64,000 bases of DNA from a virus (Duplodnaviria; Heunggongvirae; Uroviricota; Caudoviricetes): the IMG/VR virus record IMGVR_UViG_638275541_000001. One strand, written 5' to 3'. The notes beneath the pieces are model-generated. The model had not been told where the DNA came from, did not search any database, and worked only from the letters and a program-made list of their open reading frames with translations. A program made the position numbers and the translations under genes. The first letter of the stretch is position 1; each line of letters starts with the position of its first letter. Below are positions 9,316 through 18,690 of this stretch, piece after piece.

Positions 9316-9612
9316 ATGAAATTATCAAATAAAGTTCGTGAAAATCTAAGCAAGTTACTAAACAAAATTGATTTCATTGAAACATCAAGGAATAATCATG
9401 ATGTTATGGAATGGTTACATGGAAAAATAAAAGGCCGTCGTGTAGTGATTTGCTTATGGAATAGTTGCAGGGAGTATAAAAAACCTGTATTGCAAGTCAA
9501 TATTTATGATGACACTTTTAAAAGTCCAGTAAAGTCTAAAAGCGATTTATTAGAATCCTATGAGATAACTGTAAATGGCAAAGTATCACGTAAAGAGGAA
9601 ACACCATGTTAA
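9316..9612 (+). CDS. small early protein (unknown)
   Basis: conserved leader + ATG. Confidence 0.5.
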   Translation: MKLSNKVRENLSKLLNKIDFIETSRNNHDVMEWLHGKIKGRRVVICLWNSCREYKKPVLQVNIYDDTFKSPVKSKSDLLESYEITVNGKVSRKEETPC

Positions 9613-9938
9613 TGACTGGTATCACTGCAATCATTGCCATTTTCGCGCTATATAAGGCATATAAAGCCTATAATCTAGCAAATAAGGCAATCACACAGCA
9701 GGTTAGCAATAGCCTCGTAGAGAGCTTTCTAGAGCGCCTCAGTGATGAGCAAATAAAGCGGCTAGAGATGAGCTTCAGATATAAAGCGAAAACCTATCAG
9801 ATAAGTGACATCTTCAAAGATGATTTTCAGTTAGTCGATGATTATAATTCACTGATAAATGCTTTAAATATCAGTGGCTTAAAAGACTACTACGCTGTAA
9901 TTGTTCAAGAATTGAGCAAACGAAAACAAAGTGTTTGA
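9606..9938 (+). CDS. small membrane protein (N-terminal TM helix)
   Basis: overlaps previous gene by 7 nt; hydrophobic N-terminus ITAIIAIFALY. Confidence 0.4.
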   Translation: MLMTGITAIIAIFALYKAYKAYNLANKAITQQVSNSLVESFLERLSDEQIKRLEMSFRYKAKTYQISDIFKDDFQLVDDYNSLINALNISGLKDYYAVIVQELSKRKQSV

Positions 9939-9973
9939 CACTGGTTTTTAGATAGATTAAATTACACATCAAC

Positions 9974-9993
9974 GGGGAGGGAATGACCTTCCC
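9974..9993 (+). promoter_or_regulatory. 5'-leader hairpin, type B (GGGGAGGG-AATGA-CCTTCCC)
   Basis: preceded by TTGACA-N17-TAAATT promoter-like block and followed by conserved ACTAAATAAAGTCCTTAAACTAGGAGA RBS leader. Confidence 0.5.
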
Positions 9994-10027
9994 ACTAAAT
10001 AAAGTCCTTAAACTAGGAGACTCGAAA

Positions 10028-10300
10028 ATGTATACTACTAACAACGGTCGTACTCTAAACGTAACTTTACGGCACTATGTAGACGGTGTAATGCACTTTG
10101 AGGATTTACGGGCTGAACAACATATCTTAGATTGGCAAGTAGCAGGACTCCAAAAAACTGCTACGGGATACGGTAAAAAGATTCCAACCAGTTGGAAGGT
10201 ACACTATGAAGGACGTCTGCGCAGAATTTATCAAGATGTGTGTAGTAATAGCGCATCAAGTTACATCATAGTAAAAGGTAAAAAACTGCACTTAGTATAA
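10028..10300 (+). CDS. small early protein (unknown)
   Basis: start set at ATG after conserved leader; track ORF started upstream inside the leader. Confidence 0.5.
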   Translation: MYTTNNGRTLNVTLRHYVDGVMHFEDLRAEQHILDWQVAGLQKTATGYGKKIPTSWKVHYEGRLRRIYQDVCSNSASSYIIVKGKKLHLV

Positions 10301-10312
10301 AGTGCTTTACAT

Positions 10313-10341
10313 GGGGCTTAAAAGTCTGTAAAGTAAGCCCC
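10313..10341 (+). promoter_or_regulatory. intergenic leader hairpin, type A
   Basis: near-identical copy of the 8644 element. Confidence 0.5.
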
Positions 10342-10386
10342 AGATAAAGAGCTTTACCACTAAATCCTAAATTGGAGAACTTAAAA

Positions 10387-10791
10387 ATGGCTATTAATAA
10401 CCGTGAATTAGCAATCTTAAAAGCACGTTTGACCGTTAACCGGATTAATGTTATTACGTCATCAGCACCGGATGAAACATTGCATAACATTATTGGGAAG
10501 ATTCAAAGTGTTATCTTAGACGTTGAAAATGTAAAAAGTTCATTGGCTGACGTTGCAGCAGGTATCACGCTAGACGGCGCACAATATGAAATGTCCGACA
10601 TGTTAGGCAAATCAAAGGTAATGAATAAAGAATTAGACTTGAAAATGTTTCGATTTGCTGTCAAAGTGTGGCTATCTGTCGAGTATGACGCTAATTTTGC
10701 AATCGCTGATTTCTTTGCCACTTGGTTACAACGTAATTTGACAAATCACGATTTTCGTGATGTCTGTGATGCAATTTATGCAGAACTCTAA
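10387..10791 (+). CDS. small early protein (unknown)
   Basis: ATG after conserved CCTAAATTGGAGAACTTAAAA leader. Confidence 0.5.
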   Translation: MAINNRELAILKARLTVNRINVITSSAPDETLHNIIGKIQSVILDVENVKSSLADVAAGITLDGAQYEMSDMLGKSKVMNKELDLKMFRFAVKVWLSVEYDANFAIADFFATWLQRNLTNHDFRDVCDAIYAEL

Positions 10792-10839
10792 AAATTTTAT
10801 TGACACTGGTTTTTAGATAGATTAAATTACACATCAACT

Positions 10840-10859
10840 GGGAGGGAATGACCTTCCCC
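10840..10859 (+). promoter_or_regulatory. 5'-leader hairpin, type B
   Basis: GGGAGGGAATGACCTTCCCC preceded by TTGACACTGGTTTTTAGATAGATTAAATT block. Confidence 0.5.
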
Positions 10860-10894
10860 ACTAAACAAAGTCCTTAAACTAGGAGATTCTAAAA

Positions 10895-11236
10895 ATGGCT
10901 TATGTGACTGTAATTACCAATAAGGCAGATTCATCTTGGTCAACTCAGGTTAGTGATAAGATGTCACCTATGCAGTGTCTAAAATACTTTGAGCAATGGA
11001 ATAAAGGCGAAGATGTAAGCCCCTTTCAAGTAATGCAGATTATCCATGTAGACAACGAAGGGAAGAAAACAACTCTGAATAGTGAGTACTACGCAAGCCG
11101 TTTTGAAACGAGAAGTAAAACAATGAAGCTTCTTCGTGAATCCGGTTATCCTCATATTGCCGCTCTAATCTGGGATGACCTGCTAAAAAGTCAGCGTATC
11201 AGCTATGTAAAACCTGAAAAAATATTCATCAGTTAA
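10895..11236 (+). CDS. small early protein (unknown)
   Basis: conserved leader + ATG. Confidence 0.5.
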   Translation: MAYVTVITNKADSSWSTQVSDKMSPMQCLKYFEQWNKGEDVSPFQVMQIIHVDNEGKKTTLNSEYYASRFETRSKTMKLLRESGYPHIAALIWDDLLKSQRISYVKPEKIFIS

Positions 11237-11404
11237 TCAATAACTTACAAAAAACTTTTAAAAAAGTGTTGACAATACCCCTTGACATTGGTAACTTTGT
11301 TCGAGGGGGTTTATCTAAAAGGGATTCACTTAAAAGATTCTTTATAGATAAGCTTAAAAAATTGCTTGCAATCAGCTATCAAAACAAGTAAATTACTAAT
11401 CAAC

Positions 11405-11425
11405 GGGGAGGGAATGACCTTCCCC
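11405..11425 (+). promoter_or_regulatory. 5'-leader hairpin, type B
   Basis: GGGGAGGGAATGACCTTCCCC. Confidence 0.5.
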
Positions 11426-11458
11426 ACTAAATAAAGTCCTTAAACTAGGAGAGTCAAA

Positions 11459-11989
11459 ATGAACAAGTTTAAAGCTATCAACTTCATTCGTTCAAATGCT
11501 GTAATGTCTAAGCCTGTAAAAGATACATACGAATTTCGTTGTAATGGGGTACATTTCGCAACAATCACCAAATCAGAAAACGGGGCTTATTACGTTCATC
11601 GTCGTAATGTTTCGACCGTTGTAGTCTCTCACTTTATGCAAGCTGTAGCGGAATTATTACCGTTATTCTTAGAGATTTACTTAGATGAGTGTAAAAACGT
11701 TCACAACCACGTTAAAAGCCTTTTAAACGGTTATAAAATGGCTTATGAACGTTCTATCAAGTCACTAAACAAGTTCTATAAAGCCCCTGTAAATACTGTT
11801 TCAATGGCCTACGCTGCAAATGGTGAAAGGGTAAACCTATCCAATGTGGAAGAAATCGAGCTTTACGACCATCGACCTAGCGGTTACTCTAAGACACTGG
11901 GAGAAGGTTTATCTTTCAATATCAAGAACTTAGAAAAAACTTTAAAAGATATTGAAAAAGACATTGACGAGACAATCAAAAATCTGTAA
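11459..11989 (+). CDS. early protein (unknown)
   Basis: conserved leader + ATG. Confidence 0.5.
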   Translation: MNKFKAINFIRSNAVMSKPVKDTYEFRCNGVHFATITKSENGAYYVHRRNVSTVVVSHFMQAVAELLPLFLEIYLDECKNVHNHVKSLLNGYKMAYERSIKSLNKFYKAPVNTVSMAYAANGERVNLSNVEEIELYDHRPSGYSKTLGEGLSFNIKNLEKTLKDIEKDIDETIKNL

Positions 11990-12002
11990 ATTACTAATCA
12001 AC

Positions 12003-12022
12003 GGGGAGGCGATAACCTCCCC
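12003..12022 (+). promoter_or_regulatory. 5'-leader hairpin, type B with compensatory substitutions
   Basis: GGGGAGG-CGATAA-CCTCCCC: stem preserved by covarying bases relative to other copies. Confidence 0.5.
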
Positions 12023-12056
12023 ACTAAATAAAACCCTTAAACTAGGAGATTCTAAA

Positions 12057-12305
12057 ATGGCTACTATCCGCGCAACTGTTAACGAATTTGGCTTCTACTC
12101 TCTGGATGTTAAATTTGACATTGCAGGCACTGATAACGCCTTTGAAATGGTGAAAGGCCTTATCAGTCAGACCATCAAAGATTATAATCCTTCGGATGAG
12201 TTCTGGGAGGAAACAAAACAAGAAGTTCTCAAGGATGGCTATACTTATCACTATTGGGGAGAAAAAATCGTCTCCCTGTACTACAATAAACAAGATTATA
12301 ACTAA
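12057..12305 (+). CDS. small early protein (unknown)
   Basis: start at ATG after conserved leader; track ORF began at 11952. Confidence 0.5.
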   Translation: MATIRATVNEFGFYSLDVKFDIAGTDNAFEMVKGLISQTIKDYNPSDEFWEETKQEVLKDGYTYHYWGEKIVSLYYNKQDYN

Positions 12306-12343
12306 TCGACGCAGCGGGGCTAAATAGCCCCAGATACCCTAAC

Positions 12344-12368
12344 AGCCCCTATTTAAAGGGGCTTTTTT
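12344..12368 (+). terminator. rho-independent terminator closing the early array
   Basis: AGCCCCT-ATTTAA-AGGGGCT hairpin plus TTTTTT. Confidence 0.7.
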
Positions 12369-12639
12369 ACGTCTATCGAATCCTTATACAAACCCTTTCC
12401 ACCTCCTTTCTAGAATCTTATCAGACCTTAAAAACAATAACTCTATAGTCTACTCTATAGCCTTTTATCAAATCAACTTAAATATAAGCCCATAACCCGA
12501 AAGGGAAGGGCAACCACTAAAACGCTCTATAACGCTCTATAACAGCCTTATCAACCTAACTTAAGCAATCATATTAACCCACCCTAAAAAGCCCTTTATA
12601 AAGCTTCTTAGAGCCTTAAAAGAATCTTATAAGGGTGTA

Positions 12640-13830
12640 AGCTTTATTATCTCGTTAGCTATCTTGTGAACTACTAAAAAGGGCTTGGTAGCTCCTTTAA
12701 AGTATGTTATAGGGGCTATGAAGTTACTTCAAAGTAACGTAAAAGGGGCTTAAAAGTTACGTAAATGCTAGCCCCCTTAACATTTTCTTAACAATTTCTT
12801 AACAAATCCTACATAGTTATGCTTGTTAGAGACTTGTTAAATCTCTGTTAAGACCACGTAAAAGCCTTGTAAGAGTCTTTGGCATAGCCTTAAAAGCTCC
12901 TGTAAAGCCCTATAAAGAGCTATCCATACAGTTGAGGGGTAAATACTAGGGAGAGACTTAAAAGAGCTTATAAAGAGCTATAGAGAGCTTTTAAGAGGTA
13001 TGTTTAAGGAATCACTAAGAAAGGAAAGGGAACGATAAGAAAGAAGTAGTGACCATGTTAATAGCTTGTTAAAAAGGTTAAACACTTGTTAGGAACTTGT
13101 TAATTATCTTAACAAAATAACTCTTTAAAATTAACTTGTTAGCTCTTGTTAGTCATCTGTTAAGCATCTGTAAAGCCTATTCAGCACTTGTTAGAAAACT
13201 GTTACATCCTTGTTAGTTCTGTTAAGAAACTGTTAAGACCTTTGAAGAGTTGTTAAGAAGATGTGAGAACTGTTAAGAGATTGTTAAGGATATTTTAAAA
13301 TTTTGCAAAGGGGGTGTTAAGGGGCTGTTAAGGGCTACCAAGCAGATATACATCCTAATCAGATATTTTTCAGTTCCTTCAAAGACCCTAAAAAATGACT
13401 TGATAGCTCTATTTTATAAAAATTTTAAAATTCTGAATAATTACCTATACAGTCTTTTAAAAATACAGGTAGAAACAGGCTTATAAGATACCTTGTTAGT
13501 ACCGTGTTAGACCTTGTGAGATAAGGTCTGTAAAGATATTCCTGTTAAGTTTGTTAAAACAGTCTATATAGAGGCTTAGTAATACCTAGTGAACACCTAT
13601 AGAGGGTATCATAGCTGACATAGAGATTAAGAGGTGTATAGGAGCTTCTAAGAGGGTATAGAGAGATGGTTAAGGTGATTATATAGGCTGTTAAGAAGGC
13701 TTGTTAGAGGGCTAGTTAGAAGGGTTATACAGAGGGGCTATTAAGACCACTAGATAGTTACTAAGATACTATATAGTACTATATAACTATATAGAGAGTA
13801 AGATTAAGAAGGTTGTTAAGAAGGATAGAT
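12640..13830. repeat. ORF-free region with dispersed and tandem YTGTTARG repeats in both orientations
   Basis: ~30 copies of CTTGTTAG/CTGTTAAG and reverse complement TTCTTAACA; no ORF >60 aa between convergent transcription units. Confidence 0.8.
13045..13335 (+). repeat. core tandem array of TGTTAAG units with ~10-11 bp period
   Basis: e.g. 13207-13292: TGTTA motif recurs every 10-11 nt for 8 consecutive units. Confidence 0.75.
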
Positions 13831-13927
13831 ATTTTATTCACATATGATGGTGACCCAGAGGTTGGGACAACCGATAAAATTTTATAAAAATTAAAAAGCC
13901 CCCAATTAAGGAGGCTCTTAAGATATT

Positions 13928-14533
13928 TTAAATCAAACTTTCTAAAACTGTTTTTAGTGATGACTTAGTTGTCTGATAAAAATGAGTGAATCCGTTGTTG
14001 TTATCGAATATCTGCATCATAACAGCATCTCCCTTGATTGGATACACTCGGATATCATAGTGAAACCCGTTAAAGACAGCAGAACCATTACAGAACACAC
14101 TAAAATCATCCACTGAGATGTACTCTTCATGACCTGTGATTTTTATACAAACACCTTTACTCGGTCTCTTAGGGTTGATATCTTCCATCACAGACATACT
14201 CTGTCCACCAAGAGATACCATAGTGACCACTTTACGGTTCTTCTGTTTAAAGTACATCTTAACTTTCTGTAAAGTGTCTTCATAGAACGGATAAGACTTC
14301 TCTACAAAGATTCCTTCAAGTGGCTCTTTACCATTCTTAACTTCTCTGATATGTCGTACTGAGAAGACAAGCTGCTCTAGTATGTCAAGGCTTTCTTTGG
14401 ATAATGCTTCTCGAATATCACTCCAGTCAAGGACTAGGTAGTTACCTTCAACTTCTTTTAAGTTATCTTTTTCCATAGCTGTCACACCATTATCGTAAAA
14501 CTTGGTAGTCTGGTACTGCAAACTTGTTGTCAT
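13928..14533 (-). CDS. hypothetical protein
   Basis: 201 aa ORF, last gene of minus-strand block. Confidence 0.45.
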   Translation of the reverse strand: MTTSLQYQTTKFYDNGVTAMEKDNLKEVEGNYLVLDWSDIREALSKESLDILEQLVFSVRHIREVKNGKEPLEGIFVEKSYPFYEDTLQKVKMYFKQKNRKVVTMVSLGGQSMSVMEDINPKRPSKGVCIKITGHEEYISVDDFSVFCNGSAVFNGFHYDIRVYPIKGDAVMMQIFDNNNGFTHFYQTTKSSLKTVLESLI

Positions 14534-14954
14534 TGTTTTTAATGAGGTCTTCTTCTGTTACTAAAAATGTAAGACCACACAAGTGCGTATAGCGGCTATC
14601 ATACTCAAATATTTTAAGTAAGTATTTACCATCATGATAGACAGATTCTACTACACCTTTTGCAACAATCTTCCCAGTCTTGAAATCTTTAAGAGGGTAT
14701 ACATTACCAGCTTTAGGGACTGTTTTCACTTCAGGTTCTTTTAGCTTCTCACCAGCTTCTACATCCCCTAGTAAGTGAGAACTTTCAAACGCTACATATT
14801 GCATATAAGCTTCTGAGCATTCCCAGATAAAACAGTGTACAAGAACCTTAGCAGCATGTCTTGAGCAATTCAGCTTATCACAAATCTCTTTGTACATTTC
14901 ATCTTTAGTTGAGTTGTCAAGCATTGCTTTTTGAACGACTTCTTTAATTTTCAT
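14490..14954 (-). CDS. hypothetical protein
   Basis: ORF in minus-strand array. Confidence 0.4.
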   Translation of the reverse strand: MKIKEVVQKAMLDNSTKDEMYKEICDKLNCSRHAAKVLVHCFIWECSEAYMQYVAFESSHLLGDVEAGEKLKEPEVKTVPKAGNVYPLKDFKTGKIVAKGVVESVYHDGKYLLKIFEYDSRYTHLCGLTFLVTEEDLIKNNDNKFAVPDYQVLR

Positions 14955-15007
14955 ATTCGCTACCTTCTAAGTTTCTACAAAGGGGCTATCAAGTAACCCC
15001 TAAGTTA

Positions 15008-15232
15008 TTACTCAGACTTTTCAGCCTTCTTATCGGATTTCTTACTAGTCTTCTTCTCAGCTTTCTGTTCAGGCTCCTTCTCAGGAGTTGCCTTGATAAC
15101 CATATCAAGAAGCTCTGATAAGTCACTCTTCAGCAAAGTAACAGGCTGCTCATTGTAGAAGTTTTTGTCAAGATAAACTTTGAACTCTTCTATAGAAGTA
15201 AATCCAAAAATTGGTACAGGTGTCTTAATCAT
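15008..15232 (-). CDS. small protein with Lys-rich C-terminal tail
   Basis: 74 aa ORF; KKAEKSE-type basic/acidic tail. Confidence 0.35.
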   Translation of the reverse strand: MIKTPVPIFGFTSIEEFKVYLDKNFYNEQPVTLLKSDLSELLDMVIKATPEKEPEQKAEKKTSKKSDKKAEKSE

Positions 15233-15308
15233 TACTTAGTCTCTCCATAGGCATCTTTTAAGATTGCCTTGTTAATCATTTCAGCGATTGCAAAACGAAC
15301 ACATACAG

Positions 15309-15842
15309 CTATAATTGTAGGTTGCATTCTTTACTTACCTCTTCAAGTTTAACCTCAGAGTCCTTAAGTCGTTTCTTATGAACTCTGAACCTCATTAGTG
15401 AGATGATGATACCAGCTAAAGGAACAGCATACAAGTACCAGATATCGTGTATCTTTGTAGTAATCTGTGTAATTGTCAAATCTTGAGCTATGCAGCTAAT
15501 TGCTGATACTGCCAGCAACATTGCTAAGAAGAACGCCAGTACCATAACAATACTTAGGCAGCCTCTGGCATGGTGTTCATGCTTAATGCACTTATTCTTT
15601 TCGTCAACAACTCTGTTGTAGTCATTTGTAAAGTCTCTGTAGAAAGCTTTCAAGTATTCTTGACTGTAGCCTTCAAAGCAACCAGTACCATACCAATAAT
15701 CACCACCAAAATGTGCTATGATACCGGTATCTCCATTTGGTTTTGTTACTCTTAGGGAGACATGATGACCAGTCTTCTGGTAATCTATTTTGTATCTTTC
15801 TTCGTAAATCATTTTCCAACCCCTCTCAATCGTTTGTTCCAT
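15309..15842 (-). CDS. membrane protein
   Basis: two predicted TM helices (LSIVMVLAFFLAMLLAVSAI; AVPLAGIIISL). Confidence 0.4.
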   Translation of the reverse strand: MEQTIERGWKMIYEERYKIDYQKTGHHVSLRVTKPNGDTGIIAHFGGDYWYGTGCFEGYSQEYLKAFYRDFTNDYNRVVDEKNKCIKHEHHARGCLSIVMVLAFFLAMLLAVSAISCIAQDLTITQITTKIHDIWYLYAVPLAGIIISLMRFRVHKKRLKDSEVKLEEVSKECNLQL

Positions 15843-16027
15843 TCAAGGTCAACAAATCTTTGCAGAACTTTCCCTCTAGGTGTTACGCCTTTTAAATCTG
15901 CATCATAGCAATGGTAAAAATCACCTTCAGCGTGCTTACCATAGCATTTTCTGATATTCTGGCTTCTGCGATACTGTTCTAACAGGGAAAGTTTGTAGTA
16001 ATCTTCAACTGTAGTTAACTTTTTCAT
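15809..16027 (-). CDS. hypothetical protein
   Basis: ORF in array. Confidence 0.3.
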   Translation of the reverse strand: MKKLTTVEDYYKLSLLEQYRRSQNIRKCYGKHAEGDFYHCYDADLKGVTPRGKVLQRFVDLEWNKRLRGVGK

Positions 16028-16569
16028 TCTTTCACCATAGCATTTCTGAACTGGCGTTGTGTTTCTCTTGTAATTTCGTTTGGAGTAAACCCTGCTTTTA
16101 GCATATCTCTGAAAAGAACTTCTAAATGGTTCCTCTCAATGATGTAAATGGCATTCTGAATAGCTGTTTTACGCTCCTTCAGGTCACTACTTATCTCTTC
16201 GCACTTACTGGTAAGTTCTGTATCAACTTTCTTATAGACTGGCATAACATGTGCGTAGCAACCTTTATTAGTCTCCATGAAAAATTTAAAAGATTCTTCA
16301 GAGTCCTTTAGAGCAATACCTATAAAGTTTTTGTAAGCACCTGTGAAAGATAAGGACTCAATCTCAGCAGTTGAGTATACAGTCCCGGCACACAGTCTTG
16401 CAGAAGTACTAAATGTGTGGTTTGGTGTTATGTCAAAGTCTAAGTTCTTTAGTGGTCGGAAATAAACTGTACCATTGTGTGAGATGTGTGTTACAACAGC
16501 CTCAACACTCTTTGAAGGGTTCTGTTTAACATACAAAATAATTTTATCGTGCTCTTTCACTTTAGCCAT
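16024..16569 (-). CDS. hypothetical protein
   Basis: ORF in array. Confidence 0.45.
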   Translation of the reverse strand: MAKVKEHDKIILYVKQNPSKSVEAVVTHISHNGTVYFRPLKNLDFDITPNHTFSTSARLCAGTVYSTAEIESLSFTGAYKNFIGIALKDSEESFKFFMETNKGCYAHVMPVYKKVDTELTSKCEEISSDLKERKTAIQNAIYIIERNHLEVLFRDMLKAGFTPNEITRETQRQFRNAMVKE

Positions 16570-16641
16570 ATCTACTCTCCAGAAACTAAAAAGGGAACTA
16601 CCTCTCGATAGCTCCCATCATAATCAGTTTTGTATACTCGG

Positions 16642-17223
16642 TCAAGAGTATTTTTTAGGCAGTAATGCACTGCGCTTGTTACTCTCTTCACTCAATAGTG
16701 CAATGAAATCATCACTTTTACCTTTCCACGGGCTGAATGAAGGGATATGTTCGCGGATAGCCTCAATCACTGTTTTAAGTGCTGTGTTCTTCATCCACCA
16801 ATCAGAATCTGCTGATGCTACCACGTAGTATCCACCGTCATCAGTTAAAATTGGCTCTGAAATACATGGTGAAATCAAAGTGGTGATGATTGAACCATTG
16901 TTCATGTAGTATGTACGCTTAATAACCTTTTCAAGAAGCTTGTGAAGGTCACCAAATAGTGTTACAAGTTCTTTGTGGTCAATATCTTTTTCGAGGTTTG
17001 CTCGATACTTCAATAGTGCAGCATCAACCTCTCTGTCATTGAACTTGAAATATTGAACTTCTTCAACAAGGCAAACACTGATATTGTTAACGTTCATAGT
17101 CAACTTGCAAACTTTTACAGGAGAATTGATGTTTGGTTGAAAAAGTGCAACACACCCTTCAATATTTCCAAAGTGTTGTACAAGTGTTACTTGTGGAATG
17201 ATATCCTGTTGCTCTTCGGACAT
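16642..17223 (-). CDS. hypothetical protein
   Basis: ORF in array. Confidence 0.45.
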   Translation of the reverse strand: MSEEQQDIIPQVTLVQHFGNIEGCVALFQPNINSPVKVCKLTMNVNNISVCLVEEVQYFKFNDREVDAALLKYRANLEKDIDHKELVTLFGDLHKLLEKVIKRTYYMNNGSIITTLISPCISEPILTDDGGYYVVASADSDWWMKNTALKTVIEAIREHIPSFSPWKGKSDDFIALLSEESNKRSALLPKKYS

Positions 17224-17567
17224 TACAGTTTCCTCATTAAATATTTTTTAAGTTGTGTGTTAGGTTTCTCAAAAACTTCTATAGAAGATATCTTGACAGA
17301 TTCACCACGCATACCTGTATGTTTGAATATGTAGTACTCTAACATCCCTATACACTTTGCTGGTAAGTCGTGTTTGACATACACCGTCACAGAATCTTCA
17401 AATTCAACGACCTTCGTACCATCTTTGTAGTTAAACTCTTTAGGATGGTTGTAGTTGTCTATGTCATACATTAAAAAGAGTCTTTTACGTTGTAAGTCAA
17501 GCTTATTTGTTAAAGACTCTTTAATATCTGAGAAGTTTTTGTAAACTGTGACATGGAGCTTACTCAT
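17223..17567 (-). CDS. hypothetical protein
   Basis: ORF in array, 1 nt overlap. Confidence 0.4.
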   Translation of the reverse strand: MSKLHVTVYKNFSDIKESLTNKLDLQRKRLFLMYDIDNYNHPKEFNYKDGTKVVEFEDSVTVYVKHDLPAKCIGMLEYYIFKHTGMRGESVKISSIEVFEKPNTQLKKYLMRKL

Positions 17568-17853
17568 CGTTAAACTCTCTGACGAAGAAATAGTTGACTT
17601 TGTTATTGCCTACCATAAGGTCAAAACAGGTATTCTCAAAAGGTTTGTTGTAGGCATCATAGGAAGTGTATGTATCAGCTACTTGTTTAGTATTGAGCTT
17701 TTTACTTGATGGGTTTAAGAGGCCACCATACAGTTTCTTGATAGCCTCTTCTACAACAGACCAGATAATTTCGTCAGTAATTTCTTCGTACAGGTCAAGT
17801 TCACGCTCTAGTGAGAAGTCACAAATAGGGAAAACAACCTGTACTTTACTCAT
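17560..17853 (-). CDS. hypothetical protein
   Basis: ORF in array. Confidence 0.4.
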   Translation of the reverse strand: MSKVQVVFPICDFSLERELDLYEEITDEIIWSVVEEAIKKLYGGLLNPSSKKLNTKQVADTYTSYDAYNKPFENTCFDLMVGNNKVNYFFVREFNDE

Positions 17854-18248
17854 TAACGAATAACCTGTGAGACTTGAATTGCTTCGGTTACTGACAAGTC
17901 ACCTACTTTCTCTTCTTTGATAAAAGTGAAGGTAAGTTCAACGGGTTCTTGCTCTTCTTGCTCAACTGGAATACCGTTAAGTTCATCAAAGATTGATTGA
18001 GTAGTCCAGTCTTCCCCACCATCTGGGTAGTGGATTGCATAAAGAGGTAACTCTAAATTATACCAAGCAAAAACAGGACAACCATCTACATCATCTCGAC
18101 ATCTGTGTAGATATGTGTTTGTACCTTCAAAATGTAAATGCAGATTACCATTCTTCTCATAGAGAATCGCATCTCGCATGTCTAATTCTTCATCTCCACT
18201 GTAACGGCTAACATCGACTTTAACTTTAATCTGACTGATATTATTCAT
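17853..18248 (-). CDS. hypothetical protein
   Basis: ORF in array. Confidence 0.4.
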   Translation of the reverse strand: MNNISQIKVKVDVSRYSGDEELDMRDAILYEKNGNLHLHFEGTNTYLHRCRDDVDGCPVFAWYNLELPLYAIHYPDGGEDWTTQSIFDELNGIPVEQEEQEPVELTFTFIKEEKVGDLSVTEAIQVSQVIR

Positions 18249-18639
18249 AAAAACCTCTCTCTGCTTGTTCGATTTTTGCTCTTAAAGTTTCGCAATGCTG
18301 TAAATGGTAGTTAGCTTCTTGTTCATGTGTTGCTAACTGCCTTTCCAGAACAGATTTATAGTAACCTGCAAGTTGCTCTTTTGTCAATGGGTGCTCTGAA
18401 ATAATATCAAGTCCACTTTCACCAAGAGGGTTGAATTGTCCATGTTCGTTGACATTGTAAGTCTCAAACTTGAACAGACCATTGTTCACAGACTCAATAG
18501 GTGACAGTTCAACAAGTTCTACAGTAAACCGTGTATACACCTTGTCGCCTCTTGAAACAACATTGTTTCCTACAATGCGTACAAGAGAACCATTACGAGT
18601 GTATTTAAAAGTTCCAAAGTCACTAGCCCAAAGTTTCAT
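18241..18639 (-). CDS. hypothetical protein
   Basis: ORF in array. Confidence 0.4.
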   Translation of the reverse strand: MKLWASDFGTFKYTRNGSLVRIVGNNVVSRGDKVYTRFTVELVELSPIESVNNGLFKFETYNVNEHGQFNPLGESGLDIISEHPLTKEQLAGYYKSVLERQLATHEQEANYHLQHCETLRAKIEQAERGFYE

Positions 18640-18656
18640 AGTTTTCTCCTTAGAAA

Positions 18657-18681
18657 ATAAAAAAGGCTCCCGAAGGAGCCT
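18657..18681 (-). terminator. rho-independent terminator (minus strand)
   Basis: on minus strand AGGCTCC-TTCG-GGAGCCT then T-run, downstream of lysozyme gene. Confidence 0.65.
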
Positions 18682-18690
18682 ATGAAGATA

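Noticed and set aside
12640-13830. Possible CRISPR array
   Set aside because: Repeats are 7-8 bp with ~3 nt spacers and occur in both orientations; no 25-40 bp repeats with unique spacers and no cas genes
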